DNA of 64,000 nucleotides, taken from contig OY760937.1 in the NCBI GenBank assembly GCA_963664225.1, positions 1,792,001 through 1,856,000 of the forward strand. The letters run 5' to 3'. This stretch comes from Verrucomicrobiia bacterium (GTDB lineage: Bacteria > Verrucomicrobiota > Verrucomicrobiia > Limisphaerales > UBA1319). This document shows positions 28,840 through 38,149 of the stretch, one piece after another (within the stretch, counting starts at the first letter, position 1; each line of letters starts with the position of its first letter). The notes beneath the pieces are model-generated. The model ran no database searches, had not been told where the DNA came from, and saw only the letters and a program-made list of their open reading frames with translations. The position numbers were made by a program, and so were the translations under genes.

Positions 28840-30090
28840 ATGAGACGCACTTTTGTTTTTGCCTCGCTGGCGCTGAGCGCGGTTGCATGGATGGCCTACG
28901 GGCTGCTGGGGCATTCCCTAGCGGGTTGGATCGGCCGGAAATGGGGCGGCCAAATGCTGCGCATGGGGGATGGCAAGTTTTCCGATGCGGCGGCGTTTAT
29001 GGAGCATCGCTTTTTTGATGCGGCATTGCTATTCACAACGGGCATCGGGCTCCTGCTGGTGGCTGCGGCCCTGGGGGCCCTGCTTGGACGGAGGTTGCCC
29101 AGATTATGGAAGTGGATCCCCCATGCCGTCACGGGGTTTGCCGCGTTGAATATCTGGATCAAGATTGCGATGGGGACCTGCCTGTTCTGGTGCTTCTTCT
29201 GGAATGGGAAGAACAAGACCGACAATTTCACCCAGTTCCATATCAAATTGCAGTTGATGGACGAGAATCCGGCGCCTGTCAAAGTGGTGCTCGGGGGATC
29301 CAGCCAGACGCGCACCCAGATTGACCACCGTCTATTGAATCACCGGCTGGGACCCGATCTTTTCTCCACCGAGCTGCATTTTCCAGGGAGTTACGGGTTT
29401 GATTTTCTGTTTCTGGATCGCAAGCTGGCAGGGCACAAGGCGGACATCATTGTTTGCTATTTAAGCGAGGTGAACTTTTTCAACGACGGTCTGAGCGTTG
29501 GGTTCCCCCTGTTTTTCTCCTTTGGCGATCTGCCTGATTTTCTCCGGCTTGGCGGCAATTTGCAGTGGGACAAAAAGGCCGAGGGTTACGGATTATTGAG
29601 CCATGTCCTGCCAGCCTTTCAATTGCGGGAATCCCTTGCCCAACGACTTCTCGGCGATGATGTGGCAAAGGTGCGACAACGCCAGCGGGACACCACGTTG
29701 AGCACCAATATGCACGAACGCGTGATCGAAGCGGCAGCCACGTATCATGGGAAAGAGCAGAGTGCGTTTGAGATGGCCGCGTTCGAGCTATTCGTTGCGC
29801 GATGCCAGGCGGAACACAGAACCGTGGTCCTTTGTTGCGGCCAGGTTAATCCCCTGCTTGCCCGCGAACTGGATCCCGCGCTGCGCCCTCAAATGGTGAG
29901 CTTCCTGAAGTCACTGGCCGCGCACCATGACAACGTGGTGTTGCTGGAGGAATCCGCGCTGCCCAAACAGACGCCGGAGGATTATGAGGACCTGACTCAT
30001 GTAAATCCTGAGACACAGGTTCGATTTACCGAGGCATTGGGAGATGTGCTGGAAAAGCTGATCCGACGCAAGGAAGTTGCTGCGAAATGA
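28840..30090 (+). CDS. Membrane-anchored SGNH-like protein, probable partner O-acyltransferase
   Basis: N-terminal TMs; LGGSSQ and DLTH (DxxH) motifs; starts 2 nt after MBOAT stop. Confidence 0.7.
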   Translation: MRRTFVFASLALSAVAWMAYGLLGHSLAGWIGRKWGGQMLRMGDGKFSDAAAFMEHRFFDAALLFTTGIGLLLVAAALGALLGRRLPRLWKWIPHAVTGFAALNIWIKIAMGTCLFWCFFWNGKNKTDNFTQFHIKLQLMDENPAPVKVVLGGSSQTRTQIDHRLLNHRLGPDLFSTELHFPGSYGFDFLFLDRKLAGHKADIIVCYLSEVNFFNDGLSVGFPLFFSFGDLPDFLRLGGNLQWDKKAEGYGLLSHVLPAFQLRESLAQRLLGDDVAKVRQRQRDTTLSTNMHERVIEAAATYHGKEQSAFEMAAFELFVARCQAEHRTVVLCCGQVNPLLARELDPALRPQMVSFLKSLAAHHDNVVLLEESALPKQTPEDYEDLTHVNPETQVRFTEALGDVLEKLIRRKEVAAK

Positions 30091-30262
30091 CTCTGAAACG
30101 GTGAACTGGTAACGAACGGATTCACCATAAAACCAGATCGGTGTGTAACGATCATGGATCGTCAGCAGACGATCAATCCCCCGCCCGAGCAAAGCAGCGC
30201 ATCGACTATCTGCAATCTGGCTGGCGTGCAGATATCTCCTCTGGAGTTTATTGCGTCCGCCA

Positions 30263-30574
30263 TCAAAGCCAGCACACGCCCACCAACAACGCAAAGAAAA
30301 GAGCAGGCGCGAGGATCAGGCGTCCCAGTTCGCCTCGGCGCTGCAGGCGTTTTCCAAAGAGGAGGAGGTAAAGAATCCAGCCAAGGATCTGAGCCACCAT
30401 GACCGGATTGGGGCCTATGAATTTAAGATGTCCATGCCCCCAGAGCGGCAGGATGAAAAAGGTGACCATGGCAAGCAGGCTAACATACCGCATCTCATCC
30501 GCCTCCGGCGACCAGAGCGAACGGTTTAAGGCGCGCAGACAACGGAGAAGGAAATGGGGTTTGGCGGCGTTCAT
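30263..30574 (-). CDS. Small hypothetical membrane protein
   Basis: 103-aa ORF with about three hydrophobic segments, co-oriented with neighbours. Confidence 0.5.
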   Translation of the reverse strand: MNAAKPHFLLRCLRALNRSLWSPEADEMRYVSLLAMVTFFILPLWGHGHLKFIGPNPVMVAQILGWILYLLLFGKRLQRRGELGRLILAPALFFALLVGVCWL

Positions 30575-30644
30575 TGTCCCTTGATCCGTTTGCGCTGTCT
30601 GGCTTCGATTTTCCGGATGTTTTCCACAATTGGCCCTTCCACCC

Positions 30645-31103
30645 TCATTTCAAAACCAGATGTACTAGCGCGCCCACCATCCATACGATGAGAAAAACCC
30701 AGAGTAAGACTCCAGCAATGCGCGTGGCTCGTGTGTCGGTCCAATAGATTTTGTCGCACTTAACACATCGAACCTGCTGCTCGCGGCTCGCGCCCCAAAG
30801 TGCCGCAAACAGCCAGCCACCCAAGGCAAAGAACCACGGATTGTGCAAAGTCCGCAAAATGCCTGCGGCCTGCCACTCAGCGCATCCACATTGTGGACAG
30901 GATTTGCCGGGCGCGGTGACTTTCGCCCACAACAGAGCGTATGCACCCCATAGGGGAAGCAGCCCCAGGAAGAGAAACATAACGGCAACCATCCACAGCG
31001 GAACCTGCGAATCCGGATCAAAAACCAGAACGAAGGTACTAAGCAAAAACATGACACCAACAGTGGCGAGCAGAATTCCTGAGATGTGCTTCAATGCTCG
31101 CAT
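30645..31103 (-). CDS. Hypothetical membrane protein with CxxC...CxxC zinc ribbon
   Basis: CPQC and CVKC flanking a hydrophobic segment (LITAF-like arrangement). Confidence 0.7.
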   Translation of the reverse strand: MRALKHISGILLATVGVMFLLSTFVLVFDPDSQVPLWMVAVMFLFLGLLPLWGAYALLWAKVTAPGKSCPQCGCAEWQAAGILRTLHNPWFFALGGWLFAALWGASREQQVRCVKCDKIYWTDTRATRIAGVLLWVFLIVWMVGALVHLVLK

Positions 31104-31130
31104 AAGACCATTCCCTTGTTCGCCTCCAGT

Positions 31131-31478
31131 TTACAGTGCATTGATAATTGCATCCAAGAGCCTCGCCGAGCCGTTCGCTGTCAACTTTTGCAGTTCACGG
31201 TCAATATAAGACTTCCTGCCGAGAATGCCGCAGAGAATGATGAAGATGCAGCCCAACCCAAACAGCACCCAAATCCACCATGGGGCACCGCCACGATAGC
31301 ACGTATAGGCTAAGGCACCCACCAACAGGCCCATCACAGAAATTGCGACTCTCTTCCATGATTCCACGGTTTGAATTTTCAACTGAAGCACTTCTTCTTT
31401 CGTGAGCGGTCGTCCGGCCTTTCTGCTTTTGTGTTGTGCCAGTCGTATCGCTTGACGAGATAGGACGTCCGGATTCAT
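31131..31478 (-). CDS. Small hypothetical membrane protein
   Basis: Two TM helices, ATG start. Confidence 0.65.
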   Translation of the reverse strand: MNPDVLSRQAIRLAQHKSRKAGRPLTKEEVLQLKIQTVESWKRVAISVMGLLVGALAYTCYRGGAPWWIWVLFGLGCIFIILCGILGRKSYIDRELQKLTANGSARLLDAIINAL

Positions 31479-31663
31479 GGCATTTGTGGCAAACATTATT
31501 ATTTTCTCAAACTCAACACCGGAAATGAACCGGTCTTTCAGTGGTTTATGCGGGAAATAATATCAATCATTATCTTCGCGAGCAAGACAATAGCAGGTGC
31601 GCGCGAAATGATTTTACGACGTAGGAAATCGCGCGCGCGAAGGCGCAAAAGGAAGGGGGCTGT

Positions 31664-31809
31664 TAACATGGATAATCAGGATGGTCAGGATGTGGAAAAG
31701 GGGGATTTGATTCAACGCTTACAGCGTTGGAATTTCTCTGGGGGCGAGCACCCCGGGTGGCTCGTTCCTCGCGACCCGGGGCTGATTGATTGCAATCCCT
31801 ACAGGATTG
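31664..31809. repeat. Composite intergenic repeat island
   Basis: CAGGATGGTCAGGATG tandem; copy of 1884-1917; hairpins CCCCGGGT/ACCCGGGG (31751-31781) and CAATCC/GGATTG (31793-31809). Confidence 0.7.
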
Positions 31810-32107
31810 CGCTTCCTGGCACGAAGGTCACGGTGTGGCGGTCACTGTTGTAACAAGTATTACCAAGGGCAGCGGACGAAACGTTTATAGGACAAAACCT
31901 TCTGGAACAAAGAAGGCGCTTAACGCCCCTGATACGACGCTCCCCACTTGTGACAATTCAGGTTTTGGGGCCAGGGTGATGAGGCACACAATATGGGGCC
32001 CAGTCCGAAAAATGATGCCATGGGAGCGAAGAACCGCTATACCATGAGGGTTCAAGGCCGGACCGGTCGCGGCGCTTCATGCAGAACCCGCACGGCGGCG
32101 GAACATT

Positions 32108-32755
32108 ATGTCGTATAAAGCAGTCATTTTTGACATGGACGGGGTGATCCTGGATAGCGAGCCTGTCCACGAACGCGCCTTCCGTGATATTTGCCACGAG
32201 ATGGGCTACGGGGAGAATCACGGGATCATTTTCCCCGCGTATTACGGGCGCTCGGATGGGGCGCTGTGGCGGGATTTCATCGCGCTGCATCATCCGCCGC
32301 AATCGCTGGAGGAATTGATCGCCTGGAAGCAGCGTCATTTGATCGAGCTGGTGGAGAAGGAGCAGCCGTTTTTCAAGGAGGCGCTGGAGTTGATCCGCAA
32401 GCTGGCGGCGCGTCATGCGCTGGCGCTGGCGTCGGGGTCGATGCACCCAGTGATCGATGCCGTATTGGCGCTGCGGAATCTGCGACCCTTTTTCAAGGCG
32501 ATCGTGAGCGTTCAGGATGTGGGCCGGGGAAAGCCCGCGCCGGATGTGTTTTTGCGGGCGGCGGAGCTGCTGGGGATAGCCCCGGCGGATTGCTGGGTGA
32601 TCGAGGACGCGGCGGCGGGTGTGGAGGCGGCGCTGGCGGGAGGATTCCGCGTGATCGCGATCACGAATTCGCTGCCGGCGGAGAAGCTCGCGCGCGCAAC
32701 GCATGTGGTTTCGACGTACGCGGAGATCGAACGCATCCTGAAAATCGAGGGGTGA
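32108..32755 (+). CDS. HAD-superfamily phosphatase
   Basis: IFDMDGVILDSE, GKPAPD, IEDA..G. Confidence 0.92.
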   Translation: MSYKAVIFDMDGVILDSEPVHERAFRDICHEMGYGENHGIIFPAYYGRSDGALWRDFIALHHPPQSLEELIAWKQRHLIELVEKEQPFFKEALELIRKLAARHALALASGSMHPVIDAVLALRNLRPFFKAIVSVQDVGRGKPAPDVFLRAAELLGIAPADCWVIEDAAAGVEAALAGGFRVIAITNSLPAEKLARATHVVSTYAEIERILKIEG

Positions 32756-32894
32756 CAATGGGCCAAGCCGGCATAGAATAGTCCGACTTTGTCCGGTAAA
32801 AGGCAAAGAAAGCAGTTGATTGTTTTAAGAAAGCGACGGCGAATCATTGCGCGGTCGCGGTTCGGGAATTGAACCAACAGATGGGTGGAATATT

Positions 32895-34244
32895 ATGAGC
32901 GTTCGAGTTCGTTTTGCACCGAGTCCCACGGGTTACCTCCATATCGGAGGCGCCCGCACGGCATTGTTTAACTGGCTGTATGCCCGGCACACGGGCGGTG
33001 AATTTATTTTGCGGATTGAGGACACGGATACCGCGCGCAACACCCGCGAGGCGGTGGATGTGATTCTGGAAGGCCTGCGCTGGCTGGGGATGGATTGGGA
33101 CGAGGGTCCCGAGACGGGCGATCCCACGGGGCCAAGTCGTGGAAATCACGGGCCTTATTTCCAATCCCAGCGGAACGATATTTACAAGAGGCGGATTCAG
33201 GAATTGCGGGACAAGGGTTTTGCCTACGATTCCGAAGGCGCGGTGAAATTCCGAATGGGCAAAGAGGCGACGGTGATGGAGGATGTGGTGGTGGGCAAGG
33301 TCCGCCGCGAGCTGACGGATCAGGAGCAGTTGGATCCGGATTTCTTCATTGTGCGCTCGGACGGACAGCCGGTGTTTCACCTGGTCAATGTGATCGACGA
33401 CCTGGAAATGGGTGTGACGCATGTGATCCGCGGCGAGGACCATTTGTCCAATACGGCCAAGCACCTGGCTTTGTTCAAGGCCTTCGGCGTGCAGCCTCCG
33501 CAGTACGGGCACATCCCGCTGATCCTGAATCCGGACGGCAGCAAGATGAGCAAGCGAGACGCGGGGGCGTCCCTGATGACTTACGTTGAAAAGGGTTATG
33601 TGCCCGAGGCGGTGGTGAATTATCTGCTGCTGCTGGGATGGTCGCCCAAGAACAACCGCGAGATCATGCCGATTGCCGAGGTGATTCAGGCGTTCGATCT
33701 GCCGCAGATTTTGCGCCACAACGCGAAGTTCGATTTCAACAAGCTCAACTGGCTGAATTACGAATACATCCGAACGTTGAATATGGACCGGTTCGTGGAA
33801 CTGGGCGTTCCCGTGCTCGAGAAAACGGGGTTGAAGCCCACGCAATACGATCCCGCGTATGTGCGCGCCGCGCTGGCCACCTGCCAGCAAAAAACGAAGG
33901 TGATGAACGACCTGCCGGGCTTCGCGGATTTCTATTTCATGGAAGAGATCGTCCTGCCCGAAGGCGTGGCGAAAACGGATTTTGGCGCGGAGAGCCGTCC
34001 GCGTCTGGAAAAATTGCGCGCGGCATTTGCGGGCGTCGAACCGTTCAACGCGGCCACCGTGGAGGCCGCCCTCAAGGCTGTGGCGGCGGAACTGACGGTG
34101 AAGGCAGGTGTGCTGGTGCATCCGGTGCGGCTGGCCTGCACGGGCAAGACGATTGGCCCCAGCCTCTATCACCTGATGGAAGTGCTAGGCAAGGAACGCG
34201 TTCTCAAGCGACTGGACAGTGCGTTGAAGGCCGGGACGGTGTGA
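32895..34244 (+). CDS. gltX: Glutamate--tRNA ligase
   Basis: RFAPSPTGYLHIGG, RIEDTD, RGEDH, KMSKR. Confidence 0.98.
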   Translation: MSVRVRFAPSPTGYLHIGGARTALFNWLYARHTGGEFILRIEDTDTARNTREAVDVILEGLRWLGMDWDEGPETGDPTGPSRGNHGPYFQSQRNDIYKRRIQELRDKGFAYDSEGAVKFRMGKEATVMEDVVVGKVRRELTDQEQLDPDFFIVRSDGQPVFHLVNVIDDLEMGVTHVIRGEDHLSNTAKHLALFKAFGVQPPQYGHIPLILNPDGSKMSKRDAGASLMTYVEKGYVPEAVVNYLLLLGWSPKNNREIMPIAEVIQAFDLPQILRHNAKFDFNKLNWLNYEYIRTLNMDRFVELGVPVLEKTGLKPTQYDPAYVRAALATCQQKTKVMNDLPGFADFYFMEEIVLPEGVAKTDFGAESRPRLEKLRAAFAGVEPFNAATVEAALKAVAAELTVKAGVLVHPVRLACTGKTIGPSLYHLMEVLGKERVLKRLDSALKAGTV

Positions 34245-34405
34245 AAAAGTCCAAAAACAAATCGAAGCCGGCAGGAAAAATCCGACTCGTTGAATCGTCG
34301 TTTGCCGTTAAAGCAGAACGCGCCATGCACATGGCACAGAAGGAAGCGGCGAAGGAATGTGCGCGCTATGGTCTGCCATTGATCGTCGAAAAAACGTCCC
34401 GTTAA
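34241..34405 (+). CDS. Small basic protein (54 aa)
   Basis: GTGA overlap with gltX stop; (M)KKSKNK...AERAMHMAQKEAAKECARYGLPLIVEK. Confidence 0.5.
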   Translation: MKKSKNKSKPAGKIRLVESSFAVKAERAMHMAQKEAAKECARYGLPLIVEKTSR

Positions 34406-34417
34406 TTGTTCCCCCAC

Positions 34418-37400
34418 CTATTTCCCCGGCTTGTGGCGCAATTTGATATGGGTGCTCTCGGTGTTCTGGGTCTTCTCGCCGCCGGTTTGCTCGTAGTCCT
34501 TGGATAGAATGACCTCGCTGAGGCCGCCGTACTGAAAGCCGGTCATGCGGAACACCGATCCGCCCATGACCATTTCATCAATGCTGCCCGATTGCGGGGT
34601 TTCCTCCTCGTTGATATGGAAGACTTCAAAAATGCGGCCGAAAGTGTCCGCGATGGTGGTATCCGGCTGGTCAGGACAAACCGACCTACGCCCTTCCGCA
34701 GGAGCCAGCGCAGGGTCTGAGCGCATGAAGAGCTTCATATCCGGTTTGAATTCGTAAGTGGTTGTGTAGCCATGGAACGGCACGCGCGTGACACGCTTCT
34801 GATAGAGGCCGATCTTCAGGTATGGCACGATCAACTGACCCGCAGATGGCGAATCCGCGATGGTGCATTCGCCGGCGCCCACGTTATCCACTTTGGTGAT
34901 GTTCCACTGGCCGGAGCCGGAAAGCAGCAGCTTGAGTTGCACGACCACATCGTCATCGATCGGCTTCAACTTAATCTTTGCTTTTGTGTCGGTGGCCATG
35001 GTGCCCACGCTGGATTGGGAGGTGATTTTCGACTCGATCTCGAGCTCGAAAACAAGGCACTTCCGGGCGCACTTCCACACTTCGTCCTCGTAACTCAGGC
35101 CGATGAGCGCGCCCATTCTGGCCAGATCCAGCATCCGGTAGATGCGCGCGATGTCATGTTCCATGCACTTCTGGCAGGACTTGGTGACGCCGTTGTGAAT
35201 CGCCTGGGTTGCGAGGTTACCTGCAACGCGCACACGCTTGGCCAACTCTCCGGCGTTGGCGTTGCCCAACAGATTGCCATTGTAGAGGCCGAGCAATTCC
35301 ATGGTTCTCAGCCAATCCAACCAGGCTTCCACCGCGCCATCGATCATGTCGTCGTTGCCCACCGCCTGTTTCAATTTGGGAATCACGGATTGATCGGCAA
35401 GCTGGATGCAGAGCTTGATCATTTCCTCGTTCAAGGACTCCGGCGAGCAATCGGGGTCGGCCTTGCAATCTGCGAGATTCGCCGCCATCTGCTGTTTGGT
35501 GGACGCCCCGGGATCGCTGGGCGAGTTCTGGGACATTCCCTGGGCATTGGCCGCAGTGCCGTTACCAGCGCCGGCCATTGTGAAATGCTGCAAGTGCAGC
35601 GAAACGGTGCGGTTGGTGATGAACGAAAGCTGGAGGGCGAATTCGCTGCCGTCCGCCTGGGCGCCAAAACCCATCAGGCTCGCCGGATTCAGGGGCGTGG
35701 GCGATGTGATGTCGAGCCGCGCCGGAGTGTTGAACAAGAGACCCTCCGGCTGAAGATCGACTGCGGCGCTCAAGCCGCCGCTCAAAGGCAATCCGTTGAT
35801 TTTCGCCACGTCGGTCATGGTAATCGTCTCCGTACGGTCAAGCGCGTCTGGAGGCACATTCAACGTGAACACATATCCTGCGGCGTTGGTCAGGCTCAAC
35901 CTGCCGCCGAATTCGTCGAGCTTTGCCGTTGCGGTCATATTGGAGTTCAACACGAGACCAACGGTCAGCGGATTGGGCGTGGGCAAGGGATCGCCGGGGC
36001 CGCGCACGCGGAAAAAGGCGGTCCTGCTTGCGATCGGGATTTGCAGAGTCAACCGGTCTGCCGGGGCATTGGTTGTGAGGAATGTCGTCCATTGGAGCAG
36101 GTTCGTGGAATACTCCACAACGCATCCAGAGGGCGAACCACCCACCACATCGAAAACGACATTGGTCCTGCTGGCACGGCCCACGTTTTCCACCGACGGC
36201 ACAAACACCGATGCCGGTGGGGGCACGGTCACCACGCGCAGAGCCTGCGTGCTGACGCGCCCGATCAAGTCGGTCATGCGCAAGGTGGCGTCGAACGTGC
36301 CTTCGCTGGCGGTCTGGCCGGTGAGGGTGCCTCCGGCTTCCAGCGTCATTCCGGGTGGAAGGGAGCCTCCGATTTGCTCAAATTTCAGGGGTCGCACGCC
36401 GTTGGTTGTGAAGAGCGGATTCATGAACGTCATGCCGACAGGCACGCTGCCCATGTTCGTGGTGAGCAAAACCGGCGGAGGAAGCGTGCCGTCCACGACG
36501 CGCAATTCAAATTCCGTGGTGCGATGCAGGGCGGCGCGAAGCGTGACACCGGGTATCGAATTCGTGTCGAGCGCGGTGAAGCTAAACGCGGTGAGACTCA
36601 CGGCGGCGCGGCCCACTTTCGCGAAGGCTCCGGCAGGCACCACAACTGTGTTGGATGCGCCATTCAGGGCGCCGTCATTGTCTGGAAGGGGCGAGGCAAA
36701 CACGATGGTTCCATTTTGCTCGATGCGCATCCGCACATAATCGATCGCTGCTCCACCGTTGGCAAAATCCCAGTTCAACGTCCATGGCTGACCCAACACC
36801 ACGTAAGGCGTGCTCCCTTGATTTGCGGCTCTCGGCGCAGAAGGCAAGGCGTCCGTGCTCAGTGTGAGCGACGCTCTGGAAACATTGGTGCCCCATGCAA
36901 AAGCGACCTGATAGGCCCCCAGCGGGTAATTCGTGGCGAAGGCCGAGGTGTCCGAGTCCGAGTCTGAGAACTCCACCGCATCCGGGGCTCCCGCCCAGCA
37001 TAGGGCGCTTGTCTGGCCGGGTGCCGGGGCTGTGAGAATGACGGAGTTGGTGAAGGCCGTTCCCGCCAGGCCGATGATTTCAGGTCCAACGGTTTCGAAT
37101 AAATTCGTCTCCGTTTGCTCGATCAATTCGCCATACGAAACGAGTCCGGAACCGGTCAGTCTGGACCCGCTGCTTGAACCGGCTGTAAAAAACGAACCGC
37201 CCCCACCGGTGTAGGGAGTGCCGAGGACGTCCTGCCCTGCCAGACTCCAGACGATCCTGGTGCCGGCGGGGAACGGAGGATTGGGAGTGCAGGTCAATTT
37301 GGTTTTGTCCGAACTCCACGAGACCACCATGGTCAGATTGGTCATCGGAAAGGCAATGTCAGAGAATTGCGCGCCGCTTGCGCTGGTGTTCATCGCCGCG

Positions 37401-37900
37401 CTGAAGGTGAATACAACGGCTGTGCTGGTGGGAACATTGGTGCTCAAGCTTGCCGGCGAGACGGACACGAGCGTGGGAGGCGTGGCGGCTGTGCCTCCCG
37501 TCACGAAGCCGCCGCTGAACGTTCCACTGAGCATAGTCCCGGCGGTATCCCGGCCATTCACCGTCCAGATGATGGGCGACTTCGCGGGAAATATCGGTGT
37601 CGGCGTATTGGTGAGCATGGTGTGATCATCGCTCCATGTCGGGATCGTGGGCAGGATCGGCGGGGGGAAGGAAGAGTTGTTGATGAATTTAACGACCGTG
37701 GCCACAGGATCCATCGCCTTGCTGAAAGCAATAATGACGGGGGCGCTTTGGGAGATGCCGGTCTTTCCGGAGATGGGACTGTTGGAAACGATGGTCGGCG
37801 CGGTTTGGGCGCAAGCGGGGGCCAAATACGCAACGAAACAGGTGATCGCCAGTCCTGGCAGCGAAAAGTGTCTGGATAAGAGGTTACGCATAAAGTTCAT
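34418..37900 (-). CDS. Large secreted Ig-like repeat protein (2x Big_5, putative Ig, ZU5-like, Cys-rich C-terminal region)
   Basis: Signal peptide; PT.VS.SP...FS.AM repeats; GSLPPGMTL...G.LTG; GG.LSL...VPPDAL...L.PEGL.F..P...HFT. Confidence 0.82.
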   Translation of the reverse strand: MNFMRNLLSRHFSLPGLAITCFVAYLAPACAQTAPTIVSNSPISGKTGISQSAPVIIAFSKAMDPVATVVKFINNSSFPPPILPTIPTWSDDHTMLTNTPTPIFPAKSPIIWTVNGRDTAGTMLSGTFSGGFVTGGTAATPPTLVSVSPASLSTNVPTSTAVVFTFSAAMNTSASGAQFSDIAFPMTNLTMVVSWSSDKTKLTCTPNPPFPAGTRIVWSLAGQDVLGTPYTGGGGSFFTAGSSSGSRLTGSGLVSYGELIEQTETNLFETVGPEIIGLAGTAFTNSVILTAPAPGQTSALCWAGAPDAVEFSDSDSDTSAFATNYPLGAYQVAFAWGTNVSRASLTLSTDALPSAPRAANQGSTPYVVLGQPWTLNWDFANGGAAIDYVRMRIEQNGTIVFASPLPDNDGALNGASNTVVVPAGAFAKVGRAAVSLTAFSFTALDTNSIPGVTLRAALHRTTEFELRVVDGTLPPPVLLTTNMGSVPVGMTFMNPLFTTNGVRPLKFEQIGGSLPPGMTLEAGGTLTGQTASEGTFDATLRMTDLIGRVSTQALRVVTVPPPASVFVPSVENVGRASRTNVVFDVVGGSPSGCVVEYSTNLLQWTTFLTTNAPADRLTLQIPIASRTAFFRVRGPGDPLPTPNPLTVGLVLNSNMTATAKLDEFGGRLSLTNAAGYVFTLNVPPDALDRTETITMTDVAKINGLPLSGGLSAAVDLQPEGLLFNTPARLDITSPTPLNPASLMGFGAQADGSEFALQLSFITNRTVSLHLQHFTMAGAGNGTAANAQGMSQNSPSDPGASTKQQMAANLADCKADPDCSPESLNEEMIKLCIQLADQSVIPKLKQAVGNDDMIDGAVEAWLDWLRTMELLGLYNGNLLGNANAGELAKRVRVAGNLATQAIHNGVTKSCQKCMEHDIARIYRMLDLARMGALIGLSYEDEVWKCARKCLVFELEIESKITSQSSVGTMATDTKAKIKLKPIDDDVVVQLKLLLSGSGQWNITKVDNVGAGECTIADSPSAGQLIVPYLKIGLYQKRVTRVPFHGYTTTYEFKPDMKLFMRSDPALAPAEGRRSVCPDQPDTTIADTFGRIFEVFHINEEETPQSGSIDEMVMGGSVFRMTGFQYGGLSEVILSKDYEQTGGEKTQNTESTHIKLRHKPGK

Positions 37901-38149
37901 GAGACAAGGGATTGACCGGCGTCGAATTCCACGCCCCGCCCCGACGACGCTATCGACATTTGAGATCCCGAACTCCCGAGGCTTGGCATCACACCAGGAG
38001 CAATCGCAGCCCATAACGATACGAAAGCGCTTCATAGGCGAGGAACAAGTGGCATTATAAACAATCCACCTCCCCAGTCAAGAAGTCGCGTGCGCCCCGA
38101 ATGCACGCATGATGGACCGCACCTTAATAGTTTGTATCGACAAACTAAA

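Noticed and set aside
31830..32050. Possible small gene or ncRNA upstream of the HAD gene
   Set aside because: No convincing ORF, start signal or recognisable RNA structure
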